A DNA stretch of 48,140 nucleotides, filler included, from Jimgerdemannia flammicorona (GCA_003990765.1; 2 parts of 2 records of this genome joined end to end with filler, not necessarily neighbours in it), one strand, 5' to 3'. Positions 12,351 through 24,480 are shown, counted from the first letter of the whole stretch. Notes: a model not told the origin generated them from the letters alone. Translations and numbers: made by a program.

Positions 12351-15300
12351 AGGTGACTCTGGTGGTAGGGACAGGTGAGTTGGTGGTGAGGCCTTTCTTC
12401 CACAAATCAGTGTTGACATGGGCAGTCTTGGTGAACTTCCTGGGATTGGTGATATCAGCAAGAGAGGTTCTGTGGCTGGTGGGGGAGGAAGTGGCTGGGG
12501 CAGAGTCTCTGAAGTTCATCCCTTCAGCAGAGGCTGTGGAGATTGGATTTGTGGAGGAGGATGCAATGGTGAAGGTGCTGGAGAAAGGGATGGTAGTCAA
12601 GGGTATCCAAATTGGGATGGCAAGGTATCTGAGGTGAGATCCATGTGCAGTTCGGCTGGTGGTGGAGGGATTGCCAACCCTGGGCAGACAGGAGACCAAG
12701 GAGATGGTGGTAGAGGCACTGAGAGGATATGGTGAGATAGTGGACTTCAGGTTCATGTTCTGAGAGGGCACCAAATTGAGGAATGGTAACTGTGAGGTGA
12801 TGCTGCAACTGGAAGGCAAGGAGGCTACTGGGCTGGGCCATGATTGGCCTGAAGGGATTAGAATTGGGGGGTAAGAGTGCAAGGTGTGGAGAAGGATGGA
12901 AGCAGAACAGGAGGAGGAAGAGTTGGCAATTACTCTGGAGGAGAGAGAGGCTGCCAAGGAGCTGCGAAAGAGGAAGTGGGAGGAGTTCGCCAAGGATTGG
13001 GTCTGGATTGAGACTGATGGCAAGAGGAAGAGGTAGAGGAAAGAGAACTGGGAGGGTCTGCAGGCAGCCCTTCAAGAGGCAGCTGTGGAAGAGGAGGCAA
13101 GAGCAGAGGTGGCCAAGAATCAGATGGAGGGAGTGGAGGCAGCAGAGGTATCCTTTTCCCAGCTGGGTGGTGTAGAGAACTTGGCACATGTGCCGGTGAG
13201 AGGAAAGTGGGTGGATAAGGAGGAGGTTGGTGGAGGGGACTTTGAGGTCGATAATGAAGTGGTGCTGGAGACTCAGGTGGAGGATACCCATATGGCTGAG
13301 GCAACAAATATCCATTGGGAGTATCCAGAAGCTGGTGAGGTTATTTATTTGGAGAAAGTTGCAGAGGAGGATAAGCTGGTAGATGTGGCTTCTGATTTGT
13401 CGGCAGACAGAGAGCAACTGCAAGAACTGAGCAGAACCCCCAGGCCTTCAACTCCTGGGCCCCTGGTGATGATGGCAGAGAGCAGGTATCAGGCAGTACT
13501 TCAGGAGCTGGCAGAGGAAGACATCAAGGAAGTGGATATATTTCATAGATCTCAGAAGGCATGGGAAGGATTCCTCAATATAGTGATGCAGGGACCTAAG
13601 CTGGTGATAGCAATGGTTGCCACCCTTCTGGATGATGAAGGATATGATATTGACAAGAGCAGAATGGCTGACATCAGGAAGGTAGCAACTGAGAGAGTGG
13701 ATCTTTTCTGCAGCAGTGCCAATGGTGATCAAATCTGGAGGGCAATTTGCGAGGACTAGCAGGAGATCATTAGAGGAAGGGCTGAAAAGGTTGTGACTGT
13801 CCCAGCTGAGCTTTAAACAATTTCCTTTATGATGATGAACAATCTACATATTTTGTTGATTAATGTCAATAGATTGTGGGATGGTGTCAAAAGACAGCAG
13901 CTTTTCAGATAGCTTAAAGTCAGGAGATATGATGTTGTATTTCTTCAGGATGTTCAAGCTTATGGTAAGTTGGACTATGAGATGTGGAGTAAAGAATGGT
14001 ATGGTAGAGCAGGTTGGAACAAGCAGGTGGGCATCTTGTTTGGTGTAGGCAAAGCTGAGCTGGTGGAGGTAGAGATCTTTGATGACAGACTGATCTGGGG
14101 ATGACTAAAAGATGGGGCAGGTGATGGCTTGATGGTTGGCTTGGTTTATCTCCCTGTAGTTGGCAGAGAACAAAAGCAATGGGTTGAGAGATGGCATATA
14201 TGGAATGGTCAAGAGGTAGTTGTTTTGGACATTCTGGGGGAGGACTTCAATATGGTGCATGATCATACACTAGATAGGTCTGATGGTGGAGCAGGAGTCA
14301 TGGTATCTTCTGTATTTTCTCAATGACTGCAGGTGGAGAGTGACATGGGTTTGGTAGATGGCATTTGTCAATGACAGTGGGATAAGTTGGGACCTTTCAC
14401 CAGGTAGCATCCAGTTGGAACAGTATTGGTTGAGATACATATTGATTGGGTGTTAGTAGCAGAGCACTGGGGCAATATACTGGACACTGCTGGGGTATAC
14501 TGGTGCCCTTGGTCTGATCACTGGGGAGTGGAGGTTTGTGGTAGATTCCAAGCAGCAAGCAGTGGTAGAGGGTGCTGGTGCCTCAATGTAGCCTTACTCA
14601 AGAGGAAGAAGGAGAGAGACAATTTTGTGACAGTTATGCTACAGGAAGTTTTGCGATGGCAGAATAAAGGGCAGTTGATAGCAGAATGGTGGGGTAGATT
14701 CAAACATTTGGCTAGTGCTTACTGGTATGATGTTGGGGAAGTGGCTGGAAAGAAACAGAAGGACAAGGAAAGGAGAGTAGAGAAGGGGCTGAGATGGTAA
14801 TTGAAGCTTTTGGAAAAGGGGTACTTGTCTGGAGAGGTGCACCACCAGTTGGTAGTAGAGGTGGCAGAGCTGCAGGCAGATTTAAGGGTGTCTGAGACTA
14901 GAGTGGTGGACAGCCTGCTGGCTAGACTGAGAGCTAGAAGGTTGGAAGAAGGAGAGAGGCCGACAAGATATCTGTCTGGTGTTTTGAAGACCTGGAGAGT
15001 ATGTCATAGTTGGGCCTCAGTATTGTGCGAAGATGGAGTAGAGGTCTCTGGAATTGCTGACATGTTAGGGGAGGTATCTGGTCAATAATAAGCTCTTTAG
15101 CAGGATGGTGGAGAGCATGCTGAAGTTACTGGGCATGGGGAGGATAATGACAATATGGTGACCAATTGGCCAGTAACAGCAATACCCAAGATAGGGGAGG
15201 CAGTTATGGGGGAGGTGTCTCTGGATGAAGTATTGGAAGTACTGAGGAAGACATAGACTGGTTCATCTGGGTTGCCCTGGGAATTCTGAAAGGAGTTCAA

Positions 15301-15935
15301 GATGGAGTTTGGTGACTGGTTGGTGGAGATGGCCAATGCTGTTCTGAAGAAGGGTAGCTGGATTGGCAATGGTTCCTTGGGGCTGGTTTCTCTTCTATAC
15401 AAGAAGAAGGGAGATCAATGAGTGTGGCATAATTGGTGACCTATCATGCTGCTGAATGTGGATAGAAAGTTGGTGTTGAAGATTCTAGCAGGGAGGATAC
15501 AGTAGTATGTTGGTGTACTAGTTGGTGAAGAGCAGTGAGGCTTTGTCAAGGGGAGATAGATCAGGGATAGTACTGCTTGAGTGCAGAATGTCTTGGAGAG
15601 CTATAGGAGCCAGTAGGTGGATGGCCAGATGGTCTTTCTGAATCAAGAGAAGGCCTATGACAGAGTGCAGTGGAACTATCTGGAGGCTGTTCTGAGGAAG
15701 GCAGGGTTTGGTGTAATAGAGGCAGGGTGATTGATAGAATTGGTATGGGGATGCCAAGCAGGGGGGACTCCTTTTGCTCAAACCATTCAGAGCAAGCTAA
15801 GCCACACAGACATCTTTTCATGACAAGCAACATGTTTTCAAGTTTTCCCGTCATCTATTCTGGTGTACAAGGTGCAGCAGGAGTCTAGCTACAGCATACT
15901 ACAAGTCTCATCTATTTCAGTGGAGTTTTGATCAG

Positions 15936-17798
15936 ATGACAACCCAGGGTTCATCAAGCTCTGAGCATTTGGAGAGAAGGAGGCCTGGTCTGGGTCTCCC
16001 TAAGAGTTTTGTGGTTATGGTTGGGGCTGGTGGAGGTGTAGGGGCTAGTGTAGGGGCTAGAGGAGCAGGTGGTCTGGGAAGGCAGGCTGGCATTGAGAGT
16101 TGGTACATGGTGATGGGGGGCAGGAGGGTGGCTACTAGGCCCATGGGGGCGGGGCAGGGGGGACATAGTGTTGATAGGGGTAGGAGTCAGGTGACTGGCC
16201 AGGTGACTGGTCAGGTGACTGGTCAGGTGCCTGCCAGGGGCCAGGGGTCCAGAAGCAGTGTGGCTGGGACTAGTATTCCTGGGGCTGAGCCAGTGGCTGG
16301 AGTGACTGCAGGAGTGTCAGAGAACAAGAAGAAGGCAATGATGGTAGCAGGTTCTAGTGAACTGGTGGTATATCCCTTTTTCCACAAGTTAGTGTCTACA
16401 TGGGCCATTTCTGCAAATTTTTTAGGGCTGGGGATGTCTGCTAGAGAGGTCTTGCAGCTAGTGGGGGAGGAGATTGCAGGGGCAGAGTTACTGAAGTTCA
16501 TCCTATCAGCAGAGGCGGTTGAGATAGGATTTGTTGAGGAGGAGGAGATGGTGAAGGCCCTGGAGAAAGGGCTGGTCATCAAGAGCATCAAGGTTGGCAT
16601 GGCGAGGTGTCTGAGGTGGGACCTGCGGGCAGTACATCTGGTGGTTGAAGGGCTGCCAACATTGAGGAGACAGGAGATCAAAGGAATAGTGGCAGAGGCA
16701 CTGGGGGCATTTGGTGAGATGTTTGACTTTGGATTCATGTTCTGAGAGGGGACCAAGCTGAGGAATGGCAATTGTGAGGTGATGGTGAGACTGGAGGGCA
16801 AGGAGGCCACAGGACAAGGGAGGGACTGGCCAGAAGTGATTCGTATCGGAGGGCAGGAGTGTAAAGTGTGGAGAAGGAAGGGTTCGGAACAGGAGGAGGA
16901 GGAATTGCTAGTCGCCCTTAAAGAGAGAGATGCTGTGAAGGAGTTGTGGAAGAGGAGATGGGAGGAATTCACCAAGGACTGGATCTGGATCCCAACAGAT
17001 GGGAGGAGGAAGAGGTGGCAGAGGGCAAACTGGGAGCGCCTGCAAACAGTTCTCCAGGGCTCAGAAAAGGAGGAAAAGGAGAGAGCAGAGTTGGCCAAAA
17101 ATTAGATGGAAGAGGTGGAGACAGCAGAGGTGTCCTTCTCGCAACTAGGAGGAGTAGAGAACTCCACTCATATACCAGTAAAGGGGAAGTGGGCTGATAA
17201 GGAGGAGACGAACACGGGGGGCTTTGAGAAGGTTATCGAGGTGGTACCGGAGACCCAGTTGGAGGATGTTTGCATGGCCGGAGTGGCAAATGTTCATTGG
17301 GAATGCCCAGAAGCAGGCGAAGTAGTCCGGCTGGAGAAAGGCATAGAGGAGGATGACCTGGTGGATGTGGCTTCTGATGTATTGGCAGATAGAGAGATGC
17401 TACATGAGCTAAGCAGGACCCCAAGACTGGCCACTCCTGGGCCCATGGTGATGACGGCAGACGACTGGTATCAGGCAGTGCTCAAGGAACTTGTGGAGGA
17501 GGATATTAAGGAAGTGGATGTATTTAATGGATCGCAGGAGACCTGGGAAGGGTTTCTCAATGTGGCATTGCAGGGGCCAAAGTTGGTGACAGCAATGGTG
17601 GTGGTGCTTCTGGATGATGAAGGTTATGAGGTTGATGAGGACCACATGGCTGAAATCAGGAAGGTGGCTTTGGAGTGAGTGGATGCCTTCTGCAGTGGTG
17701 TGAATGGAGCCCACATCTGGAGGGCTATCTGTGAGGAATGGAAGGCAATTATCTGTAGTAGGGCTGAAAAGGTAGTGGCGGTTCCCGCTGAGCTTTAA
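15936..17798 (+). pseudogene. B2 ORF1 (in-frame stops at ~16743, ~17103, ~17676)
   Basis: One reading frame across ORF-track pieces 15936-16745, 16779-17105 and 17106-17678; the stops derive from TGG, CAG or CGA codons. Confidence 0.88.
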
Positions 17799-17810
17799 AT
17801 ATTTATATTC

Positions 17811-20800
17811 ATGATGATGAACAGTCTATGTATATTATCACTAAATGTCAATGGCTTATGTGATGGAGTGAAGCGAAAGTGTTTGTTTTGGTGGTTGAAG
17901 AACAGAAAGTATGATGTGGTATTTCAGCAGGACATTCGGGCCTATGGGGAGCAAGACTATGAGGAGTGGAGCAAGGAATGGTATGGTAGTACAGGGTGGA
18001 ATGAGCAGATGGGCATCTTGGTTGACTTGGGGAGAGGAGAGCTGAAGGAGGTTGAGATATAGGGTGATCGATTGGTCTGGGGGAAATTAAAAGGAGGAGC
18101 AGGTGATGGATTGATGGTTGGCTCTGTATATATACTGGCAGTTGGCAGGGAGCAAAACCAATGGGTGGAAGGTTGGCTGGATTGGAGAGGCTGAGATGAG
18201 ATTGGGCTGGACATTCTGGGAGGGGACTTCAACATGGTGCGTGATAGGACATTAGATAGGTCGGATGGTGGAGTTGGTGTGACAGTTTCCACTGGGCTCT
18301 CATGATGGCTTCATGCTGAGAAGGAAATGGGATTGGTTGATGGAGTACAACAACGTCGAGGTGCAAAGTTAGGGTCATTTACTAGGTGGCATCCAATTGG
18401 TGAGAATTTTGTTGGGACAAGGATTGACTGAATCCTAGTGGCAGAATGCTGGGGCAATATTTTGGATTCGTCAGAGGTATGGTGGTATCTCTGGTCAGAT
18501 CACTGGGGTGTGGAGGTGTGTGGGAGATTCCAGGCAGCCAGTGGCAGCAGAGGCAGATGGCAACTTAATGTGGCACTACTCAAGAGACAGGTGGAGCAGG
18601 AAGAGTTTGTTAAAATTGCAAGACTAGAAGTAGCATGGTGGAAGAACAGTGGCCAATCAATAGCACAGTGGTGGGGAAAATTTAAACATCTAGCAGGTGC
18701 ATACTGGCATGATGTAGGCGAGGTAGCAGGAAGGGAGCAGAAGGATAGAGAAAGGAGAGTAGAGCAGGGGCTTCACTGGCAGCTAAAACTTCTAGAAGGA
18801 GAGAATACCTCAGGGGAGCAATGCTCCCTATTGATCAAGGAGGTAGCAGAGTTGCAGTCAGATTTGAAGGCAGCAGAAGATAGAGTGGTGGATGAGTTGC
18901 TGGCAAGATTAAGAGCAAAGCAGTTAGAAGAAGGGGAGTGACCCACCAAATACTTATCCAGAGTCTTAAAGACTAGGAGAGTGCAGCACAGCTGGGCTTC
19001 AGTGTTGTGAGAGGATGGAACAGAGGTGACTGATATTACAGATATGCTTGGGGAGATTTCTGGACGATGGTACTCCCTATGGCAGGATGATGGAGGGCTA
19101 GTAGAGGGAGAGGTGGTGCTGGAGGATAATAACAATTTGGTAGGTGGCTGGCCAGTGGTGGCAGAGCCTGCAATTGATGGGGCTGTAATGGGTAGGGTGA
19201 CCCTTGAAGAGGTGTTGGAGGTTTTGAGGAAAGTGCAGGTGGGCTTGTCACCAGGGGAGGATGGACTGCCCTGGGAATTATGGAAGGAGTTTCAAACTGA
19301 GTTTGGGGCATGGCTCATGGAAATGGCAAACTTTATGCTGGGGGAAGGCTGCTGGATAGGCAATGGCTCCTTGGGGCTAGTCTCTCTGCTCTACAAGGAG
19401 AAAGGGGATAGACGTGTGTGGTGGAACTGGAGGCCCATTATGTTACTAAATGTGGATAGGAAGCTGGTCTCTAAGATTCTGGCAGGGAGAATGCAACAAT
19501 GGATTGGCAGATTGGTTGGTGAGGAACAGCGAGGGTTTGTGAAGGGGAGATAGATTAGAGACAGCACTGCCTGGGTGCAAAATGTTTTGGAGGATTGTAG
19601 AAGCCGGCAAGTTGATGGAAGAATAGTGTTTTTGGACCAGGAAAAGGTATATGACAGGGTGAGGTGGAACTACTTGGAGGCAGTCCTACAGAAAGCTGGG
19701 TTTGGCATAGGGGAGGCTCAAAAACTGATGGGTCTGGTGCGAGGTTGCTGGGCTGCAGTGCTGATGAATGGATGGAGTGGCCCAGAGTTTTTCCTAGGGC
19801 AAGGAGTGCCGCAGGGGGATCCTCTCTCACCCCTGCTTTATATTTTATCCTTGGAGCCCTTGTTGGCATGGCTGAAGGGGAGGCTTACCAGGTTGAAGAT
19901 GGGAGAGGTGGTTTGGAAGCTGGGGGCATTTGCGGATGACATGGTGGTAGGGTTAAGCAGTGTGGAAGATGTGGTGAGCTTGCAGGAAGGAGTAGGACAG
20001 TATGAGATGCTGGCAGGGGCGAAATTGAATTGGGGCAAGTGTGAGACCATGGAGCTTGGAGCGGGCTTGGGGGAGCATGGACATTTTGGACATTTAGTGG
20101 GTACTGGGGAGGCAGTTCGTTATTTGGATATCTGGTTCTCGATATATGGGACAGTACTGCCGAAAGAGTGGTGGTGTGGATTGATACAGAAGTGGGAGAA
20201 TGCCTTGGTGGGTTGGTCTGGGAGGGGATTCTCCTTGGTTGGGAGGATTGTTGTCTTGAATGTATATTGGTTGCTGAAGCTATGGTACTTGGGGTACCAC
20301 CTGGACTTTCCAGGGTGGATGGTATGGAAACTGAAGAAGGTGGTCAAAGGATGGCTATGGCAGGGAAGGAGATCACAGATTAGTTGGGAGATAATGGTGA
20401 TGCCGAAGGCAGATGGAGGGCTGGGGCTGGTGGACTTTCGAAGGCAGCTAAAGGTACTTCAGGGCTGGTGGGGTCATCAAATGGCAGAACTAGGAGAGGA
20501 GGGTTGGAGCAAACTGGCTATGGACAATTGGGAAGTTAGGTTCTGTCCCTGGAGTGAGATTCGGAAGGATATGCAAGATTTGCTCCAGGTTGGATAGGTT
20601 GGCAGGTTGCGCTATCGAGGATTCTGGTGGGGTATTGTAGAAGCTTGGTTAGCAATGGGGCTTATGGGCCCGGAGCCTGGCAGTGAAGAGGAGGACCCAG
20701 AACAGTATTGGTGGCAATTTGGTATAGTCCATATTGGCAGCCACTCATTGGCAGAATATTCTTTAACTGGGGTGATGGAGTGGATATGGACGGGACCACT

Positions 20801-21444
20801 CGAGAGGTGGCCAGCTGGTTGGCAGAAGGCTGGGTTTGGAGAAGAGTGGGAGTGGGGCCGGATTTGGGGTTGGGGGACCTCTCTACTCAAGATAGCCCCA
20901 CCTAAGTTCTAGGTGGTATGGTGGCAATTTTTGTGGAGGAATGTTATGTTGGGGTACAGGACAGGGTAGATGGTGGATGATGGTGTAAAGGAGTGTGAGT
21001 AGTGTTGTGAGCTAGATGGGAGAGTAGTGCAGACACTGGAGCATGTTCTGGCAGATTGCCCAGGGGTTGAAGGATTTTGGTGGACATTAGAAGGTTATTG
21101 GAGAGTAGAGAGTGAGCAGGCAGGGGGCCCCACTTGTCGGATGATCAAGCGTCGACTGGTGGGAGAGATTGGAGACATCTGGGGAGGCCTGGGTCAGATT
21201 ATCGGCATCTGGGCTGATGGCAGTGTACTGGCGATGGGTGTTCGAGAGAGATCCTTGGATGGGAATTGGAGAATTGGTGGAGCAGTGGAAGGGGTTGCTC
21301 TTGGAAGTGGTACAAGGGTGGTGGTATCAGGGGAAGAGGCACCAGTTGGGTGCCATGAGGAAGGTGTTGGACATTGTCCAGAGGAGTCAGGAGAACCTCG
21401 TACTTGGAGAGAAGGGGGTGAGGTGGAAAGAAGGTATAGGCTAA
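17811..21444 (+). pseudogene. B2 ORF2 (EN-RT-Cys motif), disrupted
   Basis: SLNVNGL, GGDFN, WSDH, SPGEDG, NWRPIMLL, LDQEKVYD, GVPQGDPLSP, AFADD, GGLGL, QTLEHVLADC. Confidence 0.92.
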
Positions 21445-23340
21445 TTGGCCCTTCCTTGTATTATTATTAATAGTAGAGGGATGGGTTTGTTGTTGTTCTA
21501 AGGTAATCGATGAGAAGCATAGATAGTGTAAATCTTTAGACTAGTGGAATAAAGGAGTCCAAGTAACTATAAAAAAAAAAAAAAAAAAAGGGGATACCGA
21601 GCAGTGGTTATGATGAATGGATGGTGTGGACCAGAGTTTGCCTTGGAGCAAGGGGTACCACAGGGGGATCCTCTCTCCCCCCTTCTTTATATACTCTCTC
21701 TAGAGCCTTTGCTGGTGTGGCTGAAGAAGTTGCTCTCTGGACTGCAGATGGGAGATGTGGTCTGGTGGCTGGGTGCCTTTGCAGATGATATGGTGATAGG
21801 GTTGGATAGTCAGGAGGACATAGTAGTCCTACAAGAAGGGGTTGGACAGTCAAAAGGCTAGCAGGGGCAAAGTTGAATTTAGGCAAGTATGAGACAATAG
21901 AACTTGGTGCTGGCCTGGGGGGACAGATACAATTTGGCCAATTGGTAGCCACAGAAAGTGCTGTTCAGTATGTGGACATCTGGTTCTCTGTGTATGAGAC
22001 AGTCCTGCCAAGAGAGTAGTGGTGTAGATTGATTCAGAAGCTGGAAGGTGCTTTGATGGGTTGGTCAGAGAGGAGCTTCTCCTTGGTTGGCAGGATAGTA
22101 GTTTTGAATGGGTATTGGTTGCCCAAACTGTAGTATCTGGATTATCACCTGGATTTTCCAGAGTGGGTGGTACAGTGGCTGAAGAAGATTGTAGAAGGGT
22201 GGATATGGCATAGAAGGTATCTGCAGATTGGATGGGAGACTTTGGTGATAAGGACTTCTGATGGCGGCCTGGGGCTAGTGGATTTTAGGTACTGGCTGAA
22301 GGTACTTTGGTGTTGGTGGGAGCACTGAATGATAGAACTTAGTGAGGAAGGTTGGGGCAGGCTGGCCATAGACAATTGGGAGATCTGGTTCTGCCCTCAT
22401 GGTGAGGTCTGGAAGGATATGCAGGGCTTGCTTCAGGTTAGAAGTGTAGGTAGGCTGGAGTTTAAGGGGTTCTGGTGGGGCATTGTGAAAGCCTGGCTGG
22501 TCATGGGGTTGGCAGACCCAGAGATAGTGGTGGGTGAGAACCCTGAACAGAGATGGTAGTGATTGGGCAACCTGCACATTGGTGGCCATAGTCTGAAAGA
22601 GTACTCTTTGATTGAGGCAATGGAGTGGATCAGGTCTGGCCCTCTGGAGAGATGGCCACCTAGTTGGCAGAGAGCTGGTATTGATAAGGACTGGGAGTGG
22701 GTTTGAATTTGGAATTGGGGAGCCTCGGTATGCAAGATGGTGCCCACCAAATAATGGATAGTTTGGTGGCAATTCTTGAGGCATAATGTGATGCTGAGCT
22801 ATTAGACAGACTGGATGGAGATAGATGGCTGTCAGGACTGTGAGTAGTGTAATGAGGTGGATAGAGGGATTGTTCAGATGCCAGAACATATTCTGGGGGC
22901 CTGCCCAAGAGTGGAAGGGTTTTGGTAGTGTTTGGAAGGTTACTGGGGCCCAGAGAGGTGAAGGGCAGAGGATCTGGCCAGTCTAGTGGTCAAGCACCAG
23001 CTGGTAGGGGAAATTGGTGATATATGGGGGGGTCTAGGTCGAGTTTTGAGGGTCTGGGTCTTGATGGCAGTACATTGGCAGTGGATTTTTGAACAGGACC
23101 CATGGATGGGGATTGGAGAGATGGTGGAGCAGTAGAGGTGGCTTATCCAGGAGATGGTTCAGGGGTGGTGGTATCAAGGGAGGCAACTTCAGCCAGGGGC
23201 CTTAAAGAAGGTGCAGGATATTATACAGTGAAGTCGAGGGTACCTGGTATTAGATGATAGTGGGGTATGATGGAAGGAAGGAGTTGGCTGAAGAATTCTA
23301 CTTCTATATATTGTATGATATTAGTAGTGGTTTGTAGTTC

Positions 23341-23447
23341 TTTTTTTTTTTTTTTAGACTCATATCTCATGGAATTTTATTGGAAGAGAACCTAGACTAT
23401 ATAGGCCAAAACCCTCTCCCACTACCCACCAAGCACTGCCCCTCCAT
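23341..23447 (-). mobile_element. 3' end of a family C element (poly(T) on the + strand)
   Basis: Reverse complement matches 31925-32019 (GGCAGTGCTT...TTTGGYCTATATAGTCTAGGTTCTCTTCYAATAAAA...GAGTCT-polyA). Confidence 0.85.
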
Positions 23448-23481
23448 TAGTGCATCACAACCTGAGCCGACCCATGTACAT

Positions 23482-23790
23482 ATTTAACCTGACCCAGAAT
23501 TATACGTCACCCATCTTTAACCCGACCCGGAATTATACATCACCCGTCTTTAACCCGACCTGGAATAATACGTCACCCGTCTTTAACCTGACCTGGAATA
23601 ATATGTCACCCGTCTTTAACCCAACCTGGAATTATACGTCACCCATCTTTAACCCGACCTGGAAACGTACGTCACCTGTCTTTAACCCGACCCAGAATTA
23701 TATGTAACCCGTCTTTAATCCAACCCGAGAAATATATGTGACCTGACCCGAGAAATATACGTGACCTGACCCTGACCCGTATTTAACCCG
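23482..23790. repeat. 33-bp tandem repeat (TTTAACCCGACCYGGAATTATACGTCACCCGTC, ~7 copies plus decayed ACCCGA units); probably the subterminal array of a hAT-like DNA transposon starting TAGTGC at 23448
   Basis: Periodicity is directly visible and gives an 11-aa periodic translation. It begins abruptly inside the C fragment with TAG, a typical hAT terminus. Confidence 0.75.
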
Positions 23791-24020
23791 ATACAGACCC
23801 ATCTTTAATCTGCCTTTAAGCTACAAGGCACCAAAAAAAAAATATTGCACATCTAAGATATATTTAGAATAAACAAACAGAAACATAATTAGAAATCAGA
23901 AATCAAAATGAAATCGGAAATAAATAGGAAGTAAATCAGAAAAATAAAGAACTTACTAGTGTGAACAGATCTTACTCTTCATTGCTATAAACCAACTGAT
24001 CCTCCTCTTCATCGCTATAA

Positions 24021-24120
24021 NNNNNNNNNNNNNNNNNNNNNNNNNNNNNNNNNNNNNNNNNNNNTTAATTAATTAANNNNNNNNNNNNNNNNNNNNNNNN
24101 NNNNNNNNNNNNNNNNNNNN
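24021..24120. other. Assembly gap with artificial TTAATTAATTAA linker
   Basis: 100-nt N run with a central six-frame stop palindrome. Confidence 0.95.
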
Positions 24121-24252
24121 TTTTTTTATAGTCACAAGAACTTCTACTTTATTATCAAACCATCTATAATATACTAATACAAATGAGCTCCTCACCCAAT
24201 CTCACTTAGAAACTCTCTCTCTCTCTCACTATTTCTCCAAAATATTACTAAC
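24121..24252 (-). mobile_element. 3' terminus of another LINE-like family
   Basis: The minus strand reads ...GATAATAAAGTAGAAGTTCTTGTGACTATA(A)n, the same terminal GTRACTAT-poly(A) as families A and B but with a different upstream sequence. Confidence 0.65.
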
Positions 24253-24480
24253 TAGTATTTCTAACAAATTAAATTAAATTAAATTAGAGTCAAACTTGAT
24301 TTAATTCAAATATTTCAAATCAAATTGAGTATTAATTCAATTTAATTCAATTCAATTCAAGTGTTAATTCAATTCAATTCAAATCAAATTAAGTATTAAT
24401 TTAATTTAATTTGAATTGAATCAAGTTATAATTCAAATCAAGTCATAATTCAAATTGAATCAATTTAATTTGAATCTAAA
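24253..24480 (+). repeat. Putative left terminus/subterminal repeat array of a hAT element (decayed AATCG/GAATC-type units)
   Basis: TAGTATTTCTAACAAATTAAATT...AATTAGAGTC is an inverted, transition-decayed match to 41628-41678, and lies upstream of the transposase. Confidence 0.55.

Larger units (their letters stand above)
15762..21589 (+). mobile_element. Full-length family B LINE copy B2 with TSD
   Basis: TSD GGGGATGCCAAGCAG (15747-15761) / GGGGATACCGAGCAG (21590-21604). Layout: 5'UTR, ORF1, ORF2, 3'UTR with AATAAA, then GTAACTAT-poly(A). Confidence 0.95.
10698..23340 (+). mobile_element. Family B subfamily copy B', interrupted by element D (11280-12350) and by LINE B2 (15762-21589); 3'UTR cut at 23340
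   Basis: 5'UTR GACTCAAACCACTTGGAGCGAGCTAAGCCACAC resembles that of B2/B3. ORF1 runs ~10859-13816 and ORF2 13829-23291. Both read continuously once the TSD-flanked inserts are removed; many premature stops. Confidence 0.9.

Noticed and set aside
16223..17098. Long antisense ORFs repeated in B copies (also 26032-26907, 9980-10597, 12292-13023) as an ORF0-like gene
   Set aside because: They are Ser/Pro/Thr-rich shadows of the G-rich sense frame; recurrence reflects copy identity, and there are no domain features.
21555..21572. GGAGT..TAACTAT resembling the 28S rRNA region near the R2 site
   Set aside because: Match is too short and there is no flanking rRNA similarity.
23482..23730. CRISPR-like array or repeat protein (ORF 23450-23707)
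   Set aside because: Head-to-tail 33-bp units with no unique spacers, in a eukaryotic context; the ORF is a by-product of the periodicity.
24065..24076. Palindromic TTAATTAATTAA within the N run
   Set aside because: Artificial scaffold-gap linker; adjacency across the gap is also uncertain.
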